Of a stretch of DNA of 64,000 nucleotides, positions 1-12,350 are shown piece after piece. Origin of the DNA: Lophium mytilinum (taxonomy: Eukaryota). The notes below the pieces were generated by a model, which saw only the letters and a list, made by a program, of their open reading frames with translations, did not search any database and was not told the origin of the DNA. Made by a program: the position numbers and the translations under genes. Each line of letters begins with the position of its first letter. Position 1 is the stretch's first letter. The stretch covers positions 561,673 to 625,672 of the forward strand of contig MU004188.1 in NCBI GenBank assembly GCA_010093605.1, in the 5' to 3' direction.

Positions 1-427
1 CTATTCCTACAATTGAAGCCCGCAGCTGAAGCCCCCAGCAAATTAAAACTACAGCGCCCAAACACCGTGATCTAGCTAGCGTTGTTGTGATAGATCGTGT
101 ACAACCCGTGCATGTGAACAAAGTCTCCAGCTATTTTCCCCTTAGGACAGTGAATTGGCTATGACTACTGCACAAATATCGGCAGCCTGTTGCTCCCGAG
201 GTGGCCTGCAATTCACGCGTGGAACGCGCCCGAACAGGCTAGCCCGCGTTGTTTTGGTCAAGGCGTTCGGCAAGCGCCTTGACCTCTTTCCACAACACTT
301 GCTTCTCACCGCTACCGCTGCCATCTCCACCTCCACCTCCACCGTCCACTCGACAGCTCTTCATTCCACCATCTCCGCCATTCTCAGCTCCCACCAACAA
401 CTTTAGCACTTCTCTCAATCCGTCAAC

Positions 428-2226
428 ATGCGCGAAATCGTACGTCTACACGCTCTCAGCAGTCTCTGTTTTTGCGCGTCCCCTGATTGCCCCGCGTTCA
501 TCCAGGCACCACCCATAACAGTTGAACACTCTGCTAACCACCTTTTCTCGCGTATAGGTCCATCTCCAGACCGGCCAATGTGTAAGAGATCCTCCCTGAT
601 TGATATTTTGGTCCACATCGCTGACAATTTGCAGGGCAACCAAATTGGTGCTGCCTTCTGGTGCGTACACGCTAAACACGTCCAACGTCAACAATGGATA
701 TATGGACTAACAGACCTCGTCCCGCAGGCAAACAATCTCTGGCGAGCACGGCCTTGATGGCTCTGGTGTGTAAGTGGACACAAACACTCACTTGGACAAG
801 ATTTTGATGAATTCGGACTGACATCCGGCAGCTACAATGGCACCTCGGACCTTCAGCTTGAGCGTATGAACGTCTACTTCAATGAGGTATGTTTCAAGAA
901 GCCCATCTTGTCTGATCCCGTGCATTCTAACATGAACAGGCGTCTGGCAACAAATTCGTCCCCCGTGCCGTCCTCGTCGACTTGGAACCCGGCACCATGG
1001 ACGCCGTTCGCGCCGGTCCTTTCGGCCAGCTTTTCCGCCCTGACAACTTCGTTTTCGGCCAATCCGGTGCTGGAAACAACTGGGCTAAGGGCCATTACAC
1101 CGAGGGTGCTGAGTTGGTGGACCAGGTTCTCGACGTTGTTCGTCGTGAAGCCGAGGGATGCGACTGCCTCCAGGGCTTCCAGATCACCCACTCCCTCGGT
1201 GGTGGAACTGGTGCCGGTATGGGCACGTTGTTGATCTCCAAGATCCGCGAGGAGTTCCCCGACCGCATGATGGCCACGTTCTCCGTTGTGCCATCCCCCA
1301 AGGTGTCGGATACCGTTGTCGAGCCGTACAACGCTACTCTCTCCGTCCATCAGTTGGTCGAGAACTCTGATGAGACTTTCTGCATTGACAACGAGGTTCG
1401 TGGCTCTGAGAGAAGCTTTTGCATTTAGACTAACGCAATCAGGCTCTCTACGATATCTGCATGAGGACTCTCAAGCTGAACAACCCATCCTACGGCGACC
1501 TGAACCATCTGGTTTCCGCTGTCATGTCGGGTGTCACCACTTGCCTGCGTTTCCCTGGTCAGCTCAACTCCGATCTCCGCAAGTTGGCTGTCAACATGGT
1601 TCCTTTCCCTCGTCTCCATTTCTTCATGGTTGGCTTCGCTCCTCTCACCAGCCGTGGTGCCCACTCCTTCCGTGCCGTTACCGTGCCGGAATTGACCCAG
1701 CAGATGTTCGACCCCAAGAACATGATGGCTGCGTCTGACTTCCGCAACGGCCGCTACCTGACTTGCTCTGCCATCTTGTAAGTGCATTAATGGAGCGTTA
1801 GATGTGAGCAAGTAGCTAACAGATAATCACAGCCGTGGCAAGGTCTCCATGAAGGAGGTCGAGGACCAGATGCGCAACGTACAGAACAAGAACTCCTCGT
1901 ACTTCGTTGAGTGGATCCCCAACAACGTCCAGACCGCGCTCTGCTCCATTCCTCCGCGTGGCCTTAAGATGTCCTCCACTTTCGTCGGCAATTCGACCTC
2001 CATCCAAGAGCTGTTCAAGCGTGTCGGCGACCAGTTCACTGCTATGTTCAGGCGTAAGGCTTTCTTGCATTGGTACACTGGCGAGGGTATGGACGAGATG
2101 GAATTTACTGAGGCTGAGAGCAACATGAACGACTTGGTCTCTGAGTACCAGCAGTACCAGGAGGCTTCCGTCTCTGAGGGAGAGGAGGAATACGACGAGG
2201 AAGCTCCTCTCGAGGGCGAGGAGTAA
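428..2226 (+). CDS. tub2: Beta-tubulin, 8 exons / 7 GT-AG introns
   Basis: Spliced translation begins [21 protein letters not shown] and contains [23 protein letters not shown] and an acidic C-terminal tail ([16 protein letters not shown]). First intron is 440-557. Confidence 0.99.
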
Positions 2227-2808
2227 GCGTTGGTTCCTACGAATTGTGTTCAGGTGGCCATCAGGTTGTTGGAAGTCTAGTACTACTCGCCCCTATTGGT
2301 CCTCGCACTCGTCGAATCGTGTTTCCTTCAAGAAGCTGTCACAGACTCTGTCTGTTCCAGCTACACCTTTGTCAAATTAAGTTGCGGAATAGCGAATGGA
2401 GCTAGGTTGTGCTTTGGTTTCCTAGCGAAGAATAATACTGAAGACTGTTGTGCTATCATGGTGCTTGTGAAGATCGTAGCATGTCATGACCCAACATTCC
2501 GAGGCCTGCTATCCATGGATACCTCCAAGTAGTCGCGTCAATCTTCTATATCATCACCGAGTCCGCTGGTTTGCAGAGCTAGAAACGTTAGACAGAAAGA
2601 TACAAGTCGCTCTTCAAGGTAAAAGAAAGTCGAGATATAAGCATGTTGATTATGAGTTGTATCTTTTGGGCGCTGAGATATGCGCCAACGCATTCAAACA
2701 TTTCGTAGAGGAGAGCCGCCTTGTTATCCGCGTTTTCATCCTGACTCCAATAATACCGGATCCGTGAACGCCAGGCCCCATATAACACACAAATCGTACA
2801 CATCGTAT

Positions 2809-3889
2809 TTACAGCACCCCCTCCGCATCCCTCGTATCCTTCCACCTCACCTCCGCTCTCCTGATCAACTCCTCATAGAGCGTCCACGCTAGCGCACTAC
2901 TAACCGCCTTCCGCGCCATCCGAATCCCCAGCCCGTCAAACAAAGCGCCTACGCCCTCCTCTTTCAGCATCAGCTTCGCCGCCTGTACCATATTCCCATA
3001 CTTCTGCGGCAGCAGCTGTAACCGCGTCTTGATCGCATCAAACGGATTCGTCATCGCCGTCCCCAGCCCCGCGGCCGCCACCCCGCTCGCAAAATTGATA
3101 CTCGCCGCTGTGCGCCCACTCAACAGGCCCGCGGCGACCTCTGGGCTTACGGCGCCCGTCTCCGATCGCTTCTGCGCTTTCTGGTACTGCAACCGCGCGG
3201 CGAACGCGGACAGCCGTCGCTTGCTCTGCTCGTAGAAGAGCACGTACAGCCCGGCATACGGGGCGTCGCGCACGGCGGTGGCGCCGAAGCCGGCGAAGAA
3301 GCCGCGCGGGCCCTCGGACGCGAGGATGACGCGGATCGCGGAGAAGAGGGAGGTGTAGTTGTAGAGCGAGGACTCGTAGCGCACTTTGATGACGGTCACG
3401 GGCATGAGGATGAAGCCGGCCCAGGTGCGTGCCGCGGCGCCCGTGAGCAGGTTCTGGGTGTTGGAGAGCTTGGGTAGCGAGGAGGAGTGGCCCCCGCCGC
3501 CGCCGCCGGCTTGGGTGTTGACGGCGGTGCCATTGGCGTTGTTGCGGACGAGGGTTGCGAAGGCGACGCGCTGGCGTAGCGCGTTAAGTGAGGAGAAGTA
3601 GATGGCGGAGCCGCAGCCGGTGCGGATGGCGGAGGGGAGCGTGCCCCGCCAGAAGTTGCGGATGGGTTGGGGGGAGCTGGCGATGGAGCGGATGGTGGAG
3701 AGGAGGGTGGTGGTGCGGGCTTGCTGGACGCGGGTTTTGAGCAGGTCGGCGGGTTGGAGGAGCACAGCGGAGAGGACGCCGGAGCTTAGGCCGGCGACGA
3801 AGTGGACTGTGAGCTGTTAGAGGGGGGTTGTGGGGGAGTTTGGGTGGCATACAGGACGACGACGAGCGCGTCTTGCGGCCATCGGACAT
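2809..3889 (-). CDS. HEM25: Mitochondrial carrier, SLC25A38/Hem25 (glycine transporter) type; one intron near the 5' end
   Basis: Three carrier signatures ([30 protein letters not shown]) plus RDAPYAGLY and [10 protein letters not shown] motifs typical of Hem25. Exon 1 [11 protein letters not shown] is spliced via GTATGC...CTAAC...CAG. Confidence 0.88.
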
Positions 3890-4172
3890 TGCAGGATTTG
3901 CATTAAACGAATTGTTATAAGTGGTGAATGCTTTCGAGACTCAGCATGGTGCAATTCGAGGTCGTTATATCGTAAGGAATTGAAGGCAGCGGCCGGACAC
4001 GATTGAGTCAAGTCGGCTTTCTCGGTGAGGTCATGTTCGTAGTGAGATGCACGTGATATCGATACGCTAAGCGCATAGCTCTTTTTTCAACCTCATCTCC
4101 AACCGCAACCTTCAGCGACTTCAAGAAGCTACTCTCCCACCAATCCCTCGAGCCAGCTCCGACGACATCACC

Positions 4173-5579
4173 ATGGCGGAAGTTTCACTCACCACCCTCG
4201 CCGAAAGCAACCGCGAACAGACGCGTGAGCTATTCGGCGCCGAGTACAACACAGTCCCCGATACCAACGATCTCGCGCACAAGTCGAGGGTCGCAACACG
4301 CGTCTATCAGGAGTATGGCGCCGTCGCAGAACTCCCCGCGGCCTTAGAAGCAAAGATGCAGGCGGCAACAGCGCAACGCAAGAGACGAAAGGTTACGGAA
4401 GAGGATCAGCCATCAGACCCCAAACTGCGCCAAATAGTCGGGACCCTTGCCGAGAGCTCCAGCGCGGAGAGGACGTCGCAGGCTTTGACAGTGCGCCCGC
4501 GAGGGAATGGAGCAGCGCCGAACGCAAATGGACCTACACCCCAGAGGAACACGCCGTCTAGCGCTTTGGTCAGGAAAGACACCGTAAAACAGGTGAAGCC
4601 GGAGTGGCACGCGCCTTGGAAGGTGTTCCGGGTGATATCAGGGCATATGGGATGGGTCAGGAGCGTGGCCATGGACCCGGACAACAAGTTCTTCGTCACA
4701 GGTGCGGCGGACAGGACTATCAAGCTTTGGGATCTTGCGTCAGGCACTCTAAAGCTGACCCTTACTGGACACATCTCGGCCGTACGTGGACTAGCAATAT
4801 CGCCCCGACATCCGTATCTGTTCTCCTGTGGGGAGGACAAGACTGTGAAGTGTTGGGACTTGGAAACAAACAAGGTTATTAGACACTACCACGGTCATCT
4901 GAGCGGCGTGTACGCCCTCGACCTACACCCTACTCTCGACGTACTAGCTACCGGTGGCCGCGATGCTTCGGTTCGAATCTGGGATATGCGAACTCGCGCC
5001 AACATTCACGTTCTCAGCGGCCACAAGGGTACCTGTGCAGCTGTGAAGTGCCAAGAGGCGGACCCACAGATTATTTCCGGTAGTCTCGACAGCACGATTC
5101 GAATGTACGATCTTGCGGCTGGCAAGACCATGGGTGTGCTCACACATCACAAAAAGGGTGTCCGAGCTCTAGCTACCCATCCAAAAGAGTTCACATTTGC
5201 ATCAGGATCATCGCAGTCAATAAAGCAGTGGAAGTGCCCTGAAGGAGCCTTCATGCAGAATTTCGAGGGCCACAACGCGATCGTCAATACGCTTTCTGTC
5301 AACGAGGACAACGTGCTTTTCTCTGGCGGCGATGACGGTACCACGGCCTTCTTCGATTGGAAGACCGGCCACAAGTTCCAGAGTGTGAACAGCGTCGCTC
5401 AGCCTGGTAGTTTGGATGCCGAAGCGGGAATAATGTGCAGCACCTTTGATCGGACGGGGCTGAGATTGATTACAGGAGAGAGCGATAAGACTATCAAGAT
5501 CTGGAAGCAAGATGAAAGTGCGACAGAGGACACCAACCCACTAGACTGGAAGCCAACGCTTGGGAGGCAGAAGTTTTAG
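4173..5579 (+). CDS. PRP46: Pre-mRNA splicing factor Prp46/PLRG1 (WD40 repeats)
   Basis: 468-aa intronless ORF with [23 protein letters not shown] repeats and GSLDAEAGI. Confidence 0.97.
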   Translation: MAEVSLTTLAESNREQTRELFGAEYNTVPDTNDLAHKSRVATRVYQEYGAVAELPAALEAKMQAATAQRKRRKVTEEDQPSDPKLRQIVGTLAESSSAERTSQALTVRPRGNGAAPNANGPTPQRNTPSSALVRKDTVKQVKPEWHAPWKVFRVISGHMGWVRSVAMDPDNKFFVTGAADRTIKLWDLASGTLKLTLTGHISAVRGLAISPRHPYLFSCGEDKTVKCWDLETNKVIRHYHGHLSGVYALDLHPTLDVLATGGRDASVRIWDMRTRANIHVLSGHKGTCAAVKCQEADPQIISGSLDSTIRMYDLAAGKTMGVLTHHKKGVRALATHPKEFTFASGSSQSIKQWKCPEGAFMQNFEGHNAIVNTLSVNEDNVLFSGGDDGTTAFFDWKTGHKFQSVNSVAQPGSLDAEAGIMCSTFDRTGLRLITGESDKTIKIWKQDESATEDTNPLDWKPTLGRQKF

Positions 5580-6268
5580 GAAGTTTCTTGGTCGGAGAAA
5601 TGGGCAGTTCCTGTCCTGAGAATACCGTCAAGATCAAAGAGAAGTTTACAATGCTCCCGAGCAACTCTCGCCACATCCGAGAAGCCCAAGGATCCTTCGC
5701 ATCAGGCCATAATTCCAGCGCATTCGCCTCCACGGTGTACCTCTGCCTATGGCTGAACGCAGTGCTACCTAACGTCCCACTTGAGGTTTCCTCGCGTTTA
5801 CTCTACTAGTTGTGGAGGCGATAATACACAGATTGAGCAAGGTGGCTAATAGCTATCACCATATGTGGATGTGGCTGCTAGTTGCGCTATCGAGACCCTT
5901 CTCGCACTGACAGCGTTCTGGGGCGTTTTGGCGATTACTTGGGACCGTACTCGTGTGTTTTGCTCACACCATCCATATCGGCGTTCTGGTTTGCTGGACC
6001 GTCCATTCCTGGGATATCTTATCAAGAGCATTCTGAAATACGACTTCCTTGAAACCGCAGGTTGATACATAGCAAGGAGTTCATGGAAAATGGGGCATAG
6101 TAGCTTCGAAGATTCTTTTCATTACGATACCAATGTACAAAATACAAAAGAGATGAATAAGTAGTCGCTTCAGCCACCTCTATTCCATGCACCTAAACTT
6201 CCCGTGCTCCACCGCCCTTGACACAACTCAGAGCTAACTAACCCCCTTCACACCTTACCTACATATCC

Positions 6269-7383
6269 ATGCCCCCCTCATGCTCAAGCCTCCCATGTCC
6301 CTCCGCTCCCAATCGCGCGGAACCCCACCATCTCGGCTGGACCGCCCTCCCCATCTAGGAAGCCCACGAGGGGCAGCAATTCCCCTTCTCGGCCGCGCAC
6401 TTGTGCGCTCACTGCATCTGCAATATATTCCCAGCCGTGACTCACAGAGAGCCAAGATCACCCCAGCACTACCTTGCCGATCTGGCCCCGCCCATCAATC
6501 GTACCAACCCATCGCGGCGGGGAGCGCACCGACCTCAGCTCGACGCAGATGAGAAATCCAATTCCACCCGTGGCCCGCCTCGGCTGCTCGCACTGCATTC
6601 TGCGAGAAATATAAGTAATCAAGCCACGGGGGATGAAGTCGATCTCATCACCAAGCCCCCCGGACGACGCTATTCGGAGCACCCTCGGGGCGCTGCGTAA
6701 GCAGGCTTGCGCGTGGACGAGCATGATATTGCAAGGTTCGGCAGCTGCGTCACCCTGCGTTCAGCCCTACAGCCGCCTCTCCACACACCATATGGAGAGA
6801 GCGCGCGCAGAATGGGTGATCGCGGGAGAACGATTGCGGAGTATGTTCCTCAATCCATGTCACCTCCACAAACCATCGTTAGTTTGGTGTTGGTGGTTTG
6901 GCGGCTCAGCCCCACAGCCGCCATTCCGCGCGCCGTGTGGAAAGAGAGAGAGAGAAAGAGTAAAATGGTGATCGTAGATAAATAATTGCGGAGTATATTC
7001 CTGAACCCATGCACTCTCCACAAACCTCATCGTTAGTTTGGTGTTGGTGGTTTTGGCGGTTCAGCCTATGATGAGAAATCAGGACAGGGGTTCTCCGGTG
7101 CCACGCTCTCCGATAGATCAACGAGAACATCCACACCCTGCCGCGCTTGTGCGAGGCGGATTTCTTCTTCACCGATTGTTTTCGAGCAATGGGGAAAGCG
7201 GTCTATTGCGGTGCAAGGCGCGTGGCACGCGCGGTTTGGCACGATTTGGAATGCAGCGTGTGTCACCCACCCCAGCGCCGTCACATCGCGCACGCGTCGT
7301 ACAGGCGCGATAATGGCGGGTCATGTGGAGGGTTTTGGGGTGTGCAGGGATTGGCGTGTAGGGCTGAAGAAGGTTTGATGTAG
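6269..7383 (+). pseudogene. Probable decayed ORF of unknown family with an internal tandem duplication
   Basis: One + frame runs from ATG 6269 to about 6985 with only two internal stops (TAG, TAA). A second coding-like stretch (INENIHTLPRLCEADFFFTDCFRAMG) follows another TAG. No family recognised. Confidence 0.4.
6760..7066. repeat. Imperfect direct tandem duplication, two units of about 150-160 bp
   Basis: CATCGTTAGTTTGGTGTTGGTGGTTT(T)GGCGG(C/T)TCAGCC and ATTGCGGAGTAT(G/A)TTCCT each occur twice, at about 6833-6911 and 6985-7066. Confidence 0.9.
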
Positions 7384-7860
7384 AATACGCAGGGGAGGAG
7401 GGGGGTAGGACGGGAACTCGGGGTTCGCCGGTGGGATGGGAGAGAACACGTGAGGGGGAGCTGCCTGAAACGAGGGACGGGGGCGGCGTTTGTGGAGGGG
7501 TGTTTGTGTGACGGGGTTTGGGCCAATTGGAGTGGTGGGTAGATGGGAGGGTCGGTGAAGGGGTCTTGCACGACTGTTTGGGACAAATAGAGCTTTGAGG
7601 AATGAAGTGGTACGTACTTGGGGCAGTTGGATAGGTTTGAGCAGATAGCGATCGCTCGGAAAGAATATTGGTGTCCAAACGCAGTTTCTGAGCCATTTCA
7701 GCGACCTCGAATCCTGATAGAATTTCAGATATCAACTGAATATAAAGTCGGATGATAGAATACAGTTCCTGGTTACATGTGCTCACCGTCTGTGTGAAAC
7801 TATACACCCGATCGAGAGGTTCGCGGTTCATTAAGTCTAAACCGAGGTGTGTGGACTCAC

Positions 7861-10501
7861 TCACGATCCGAAGCCTAGCCCCTTGACCTCCTCATCCTCA
7901 CCCAGCGCCAACCTCACCTCCTCGTCTCCAACTCCCAACCTAACCCTGCCAACCCTCTCCCCTCGCCGACTCTCCACACCAACGATGCCTGCTTCGGCGA
8001 GGTCCAAGGCCGCCTTCCCTAGCCCAAGCGCGCGAGCAGCCTTGGCATCAGTCTGCCTTGTGCTAGCATTCTTGCCCGTGACATCTTGGGGTTCGTTCTC
8101 GGCGAGGAGATATCGCTGCACTGGTTGCAGTTGGCTCATAAGACCAAGACGCTTCGCCTCTTCAACTACATCACCCATCAGTGCTTCACCGACGCCTGTA
8201 CGTCGAATACGTGCTAGGAGCGCTGCGAGGAAGAGCTTAGAGGCCAGCGGGAGCGCGCGGAGGTACTGTTGTAGGGGACTAGAAGTCGCCTCGTTGATGG
8301 CCTGTTTGATAGTGGCAATGGTGACGACGCCGACAGGCTTGCCTTGCTTCTGCCTCGAGCTCGGGGTTTGAGTGTCTTGCATTTCTGCAGTGTTACCTCC
8401 ATCCTTACCTCGCAATGCGGTTTTCGCACCTCGGCGACTCTTGCTTTTACTTGGCGTGTCGGGAGCTGCATCGTTATCAGCTTCAGCTTCTTGCTCTTTA
8501 GCTATTGCTTCGGCTTCTGCAATCTCTACAGCGCGCCGGCACATATCAAGAGCACGCCGTGCATCGCCGCTCACTGCAGCAACCTTTCGTGCCGCAAATT
8601 GAACAGCGTCTGGCTGGACGACATTGCCCGGGACACCGCTGAGACGGGACTGGATGATTTGCATTAGCTGGTCATGAGTATAGCCAGGGAACGTGATTCG
8701 GGTGAGGCCTAGAGAACGGCAAGTTAGCTTCGTTTCAGCCTTGTGAGCAGTCCTGCAGCCTAAAGAGTAGAACGAAGGAGGTGTGACGGTCTCGAAGGAT
8801 CCCGCATGCGTGGTGCACCGCATGGCCTCCATATATAGAGTGAGGGGTTGTGTGCCTATTGGCTGTGGTCTGCTAGGAAGTTTGGGATGGGGGTGAGGAG
8901 TCGAAGGATCAGGACCCATGCGTACCTAGGCGGCTGCTAATTTTGTTGCTCAACGTGCGCTCGGGAAGGTCCATAGTGTTGGCTACAGCCAGCACAATCA
9001 ATCTACTATGTCGCAGTCCTGGCCAATTGAAGAAATTGTACATGACACTCTGGTTTTTGGTCACAAGCTGGTCTAGCTCGTCCATGAGCACGACGCAGGG
9101 TACGCGCCTCGGGCTCGGGGTTGAGAACTCGCGCTCCAACAGCTCCAGGGCATGTGCAGGACTAACGCGGTCGCCTCGCAAGGCCTCCCATAACAGCGAG
9201 TACGACTGGTGTGGGTCGGTGACTTTCATACCGTTAATCTCTACGAATATGAAATCATCGAGCTCCTCGGCTAGGACTGACGCGTTCAACTGCGCCACGA
9301 CTTCTCGCACGGTCGCTGTCTTCCCCGTTCCGGGCGTACCGGAGATGTAAATGCAGGAGCCAGATCCTTCGGTGATAGCGGCCTCCAAGTGGGAGTAAAC
9401 GGTCGAGAATTCCTCCTCGCGACAGGGTAACGCAGCAGGGACCGACGACACGTGTAGTTGGTTCCGGGCAATCTGAAACGGCGATGAGAGCGCGGACGGA
9501 GAAAGTATGCGCGTCCCCAATGGTGTGAACTCGAGGGGCTTCTTGATCACGATCCTCTTGTGAGTTGGCGTAAGGAACTTCCCAAGTGTCTGGTCTTTCC
9601 GCTTCGATGTGGGCGTTGCCGCTTCATTCAATCTCCGCCGCTTCTTCGGAGTCCTAGGGACGCCATCCTCTCCATCATCGTTGACCACGAAGTCGTCCAG
9701 GTCTGCGTTGTCCGTCTTAGGTCGAGCTTGCTTCTTCCTTGTAGACTTCGTATGGCTGTCTACAAATACTTGAAGTGCCTCAACATCTTCCACGCCTTTG
9801 TAGAGGTCCTCCCATTTGAACTCCTCTGTGTATGTGGTCGTGCGTGTATTGCAACCGCGCCTGCAAATGAACATTTTGCCATAGTTCTTTGAAGACTTCT
9901 TGATTTGGCCGGAGGGATGCTTCGAGTTGAAGGTTTCGAGGGAGACAACGTTTGCCTTGCCATTAATAGTGGTCAGGGGGTTGATATCAAAGGCCGTAGT
10001 AATATAGAGCTCGTTCTAGAAGTTATCAATAAATTTGAAGCAATGACATGCGTGAAGCTTAGCACTTACCTCCAGACAGTCGTCCCTCTTCTTGCTCTTG
10101 TTTCGAATCTCCTTCTCGCCAGAGAACCACATGAACTTTGCCATCTTCTCATCCTCCTCTTCCTCTTCACCATCGTATAGCTCGCAAATGATACCGACCC
10201 AGGCCTGGTTGCCCTCTGCCTTGAGGAGCACGGCATCTCCTATCCTGCATTGAAAACTCCCAATTTTCGCCCCAACAATGCGTCTTCCAATCGTCAAAGC
10301 GGCAGCTTTCCTCTTTCTAGGGGTCAGGGTCCTCTCTGTCTTTGTCTGTGCCGCATCATGTGGAGTTTCTTCCTCGTAGATCCACTCCCAAGGCAGGTCG
10401 TCCTGGCCCAGTTCGTCGTCGGAGTCTTCGCGCTGGATGGTGCCGCTGGTCAGGTACTGGCGAGCCTGCTCGAGCCTAGACTTCTTGCGTGCGGGAGCCA
10501 T
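7861..10501 (-). CDS. ORC1: Origin recognition complex subunit 1 (BAH + AAA+ ATPase + winged helix), 2 introns
   Basis: N-terminal BAH-like region, LPCREEEF, Walker A GTPGTGKT, Walker B VLMDELD, IVLAVANTMDLPER and AAVSGDARRALD. Introns at about 10016-10069 and 8709-8925. Confidence 0.97.
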
Positions 10502-10564
10502 GATAGCGACGTGGTGGGTTTAGACTTTGGGTGCTGACGTTGGACGTCGTCAAAACTGGAAGGC

Positions 10565-10577
10565 ACGCGTCGCGCGT
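10565..10577. promoter_or_regulatory. MCB-like (MBF) elements upstream of ORC1
   Basis: ACGCGT immediately followed by CGCGCGT, about 65 bp upstream of the ORC1 ATG. Confidence 0.6.
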
Positions 10578-11355
10578 ACGCCAAGGCTAATTTTTGGTGA
10601 GGTTTCGTGATGAGGCACGAACGTCACTTGGGCACAGTCACTACAACGCAACGGCAATGCAACAACCCTCTGTAGAGTACTCGGCCATAGATTTGGGCAC
10701 AAGCACATACCGCTGTGAGGAGCTTCCCGGCTATAAGGTATAATATACGGTAATAGATAGTCCAATTTCATTATGTTCGCTTTTACATCGGAGTTTCAAA
10801 CGCCTATCAGGGTAGCCCAAACAGGCCCAAGAAATGCCTGGACTTATGTCTTGGACCTTGGTTCTCAAGACAGCAGCTAGGATTTGCACGGCGCAGGGTC
10901 TCACCTCACTGTGGCTCACAGCGACTGTGCTTTTAACGGCGCCCTCTCATACTAAGATTCTTATATTCTTATTCTCACGTCAAGATTGCAAGGTTGTTTG
11001 TTTAATGTTGTTTCATTTCAGACTTCATGCCTTTGTCATCGACAAGGAACTCTTCGTATGGCAGGTCGTATGGACCCGCAAGCGTTATCCCGAGACTCTC
11101 AAGTCTATCCTCCGAAAAACAATAGTAAAGCAAAGATGGCGAGTACATAACGCCTCAGAAACTCCAAACACCTCCGGGGGCCTTTTCCAGACCGGTCCTT
11201 CCCAACCCGAAAAACAAGCGAGTGTACTCCACCGCTTCCACGTAAATCAGGCGCTCGAAATGCATTACAAAAATGTTCAAGAAGGGATAAATAGTGTACA
11301 GTGGCCATCGTCCGCTACTGATGCTCTAGTGTGAAGCATGGTGGCAGTGGTCAGA

Positions 11356-12350
11356 TCAGATCAGGTGAAGAGGAGGCGTTCCTGGCATCGAGTTGGGCGT
11401 GGTAGGGTTGTACGTTGCTGAGTCGGGGGGTGATCCCGTCGTCGAGCGATCGAAAGAATCCAGCAATGGTGGAGTCTGCCATTGCGGTCAGCGGTGGCTC
11501 GGCTGTGTGGCGACGAAAAAGAGTGATGGAGAGGCTTCAAGAGGAGAGGCTGTGGGCATAGTACGGCTTGCTGGGGAGTCTCACATGAGCGTCGGAAACG
11601 TAGGAGTGCGGCGCGGGAATCTCGATGCCCGCCATGGTTGCATAGCTCATGCTGAAGGGGCTGATGTCGTCTTCGCCGTAGAAGTCGCCCTTCATTGGGT
11701 GCACCAGGCTGGGCAGCGTGGTGGGGTAGGCAGACGACAGCGGCGGCAGATACGGCGAGTACATGGGCATTTCAGGCCCCGTCGTTGGCAGGCCGTTGTA
11801 GGCAGGTGCATACGGGGCGTACGAGACGGCGTCGGGAGCTGGATACGTCGAATACGAGAAGGGCGGCGGCGAGGTCGACAATTGGCGGGTGTACTGGTGC
11901 GAGAACATGCCACGCTCCTCATGGTGCGGCAGATACTGCGTCTGCATCTCCGGCGTCCGACGACCGTAGTCCTGGTGGTCGACCGAGTCGGAGGAGCTTG
12001 GGGAGTGGAACTCCTCACGAGGCTGCGAGTTGGAGCGGTCCAGCTCGGCCGGCTGCTGCTCTGGCGATGCAGAGCTGGAGGCCGCGCGGCGCTCGAGGTC
12101 TTCGAGCCTCTTCTTGAGCTTCTTGCCTGCGGAGTGTGAGCTGCTGGATCCTGATATCAGGGCCTGGCGGACACTTACGGTAGTTGCGCTGGGCGATCCG
12201 GTTCTGAATTCGTCTCCGCTCTGCTAGATCCGAGATCTTGGTCCAGTCTTCGTTGGGGTTCGCACTGGCGCTGAAGGCACTGCTGGTGCCCGAGTACCTG
12301 TGGGTGGTGGGGGCTGTCTGGGCATACCCGTAGCTGGCGTGCCGCTGCAT
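11356..12350 (-). CDS. bZIP transcription factor resembling Neurospora ADA-1 type, 2 introns
   Basis: SAFSASANPNEDWTKISDLAERRRIQNRIAQRNYR|KKLKKRLEDLERR basic region and zipper. Introns at 12127-12178 and about 11476-11584. Last exon ends ...SMPGTPPLHLI*. Confidence 0.92.

Noticed and set aside
5588..6065. Short hydrophobic ORFs downstream of PRP46
   Set aside because: They are short, interrupted, of no recognisable family and likely 3' UTR or intergenic sequence.
6535..6652. Minus-strand GTGATGA ... CTGA pair resembling a box C/D snoRNA
   Set aside because: I could not recognise an rRNA-complementary guide or a clear terminal stem, and these short motifs occur often by chance.
6255..7696. 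Minus-strand frames interrupted almost only by TGA, suggesting a selenoprotein or readthrough gene
   Set aside because: The frame is not continuous across the duplication, TGA-rich off-frames are expected by chance near coding-like sequence, no SECIS element was recognised, and Dikarya lack selenocysteine machinery.
11393..12139. 248-aa + strand ORF; similar antisense ORFs overlie tub2, the membrane protein and the coiled-coil gene
   Set aside because: These are antisense shadows of biased-codon genes on the opposite strand.
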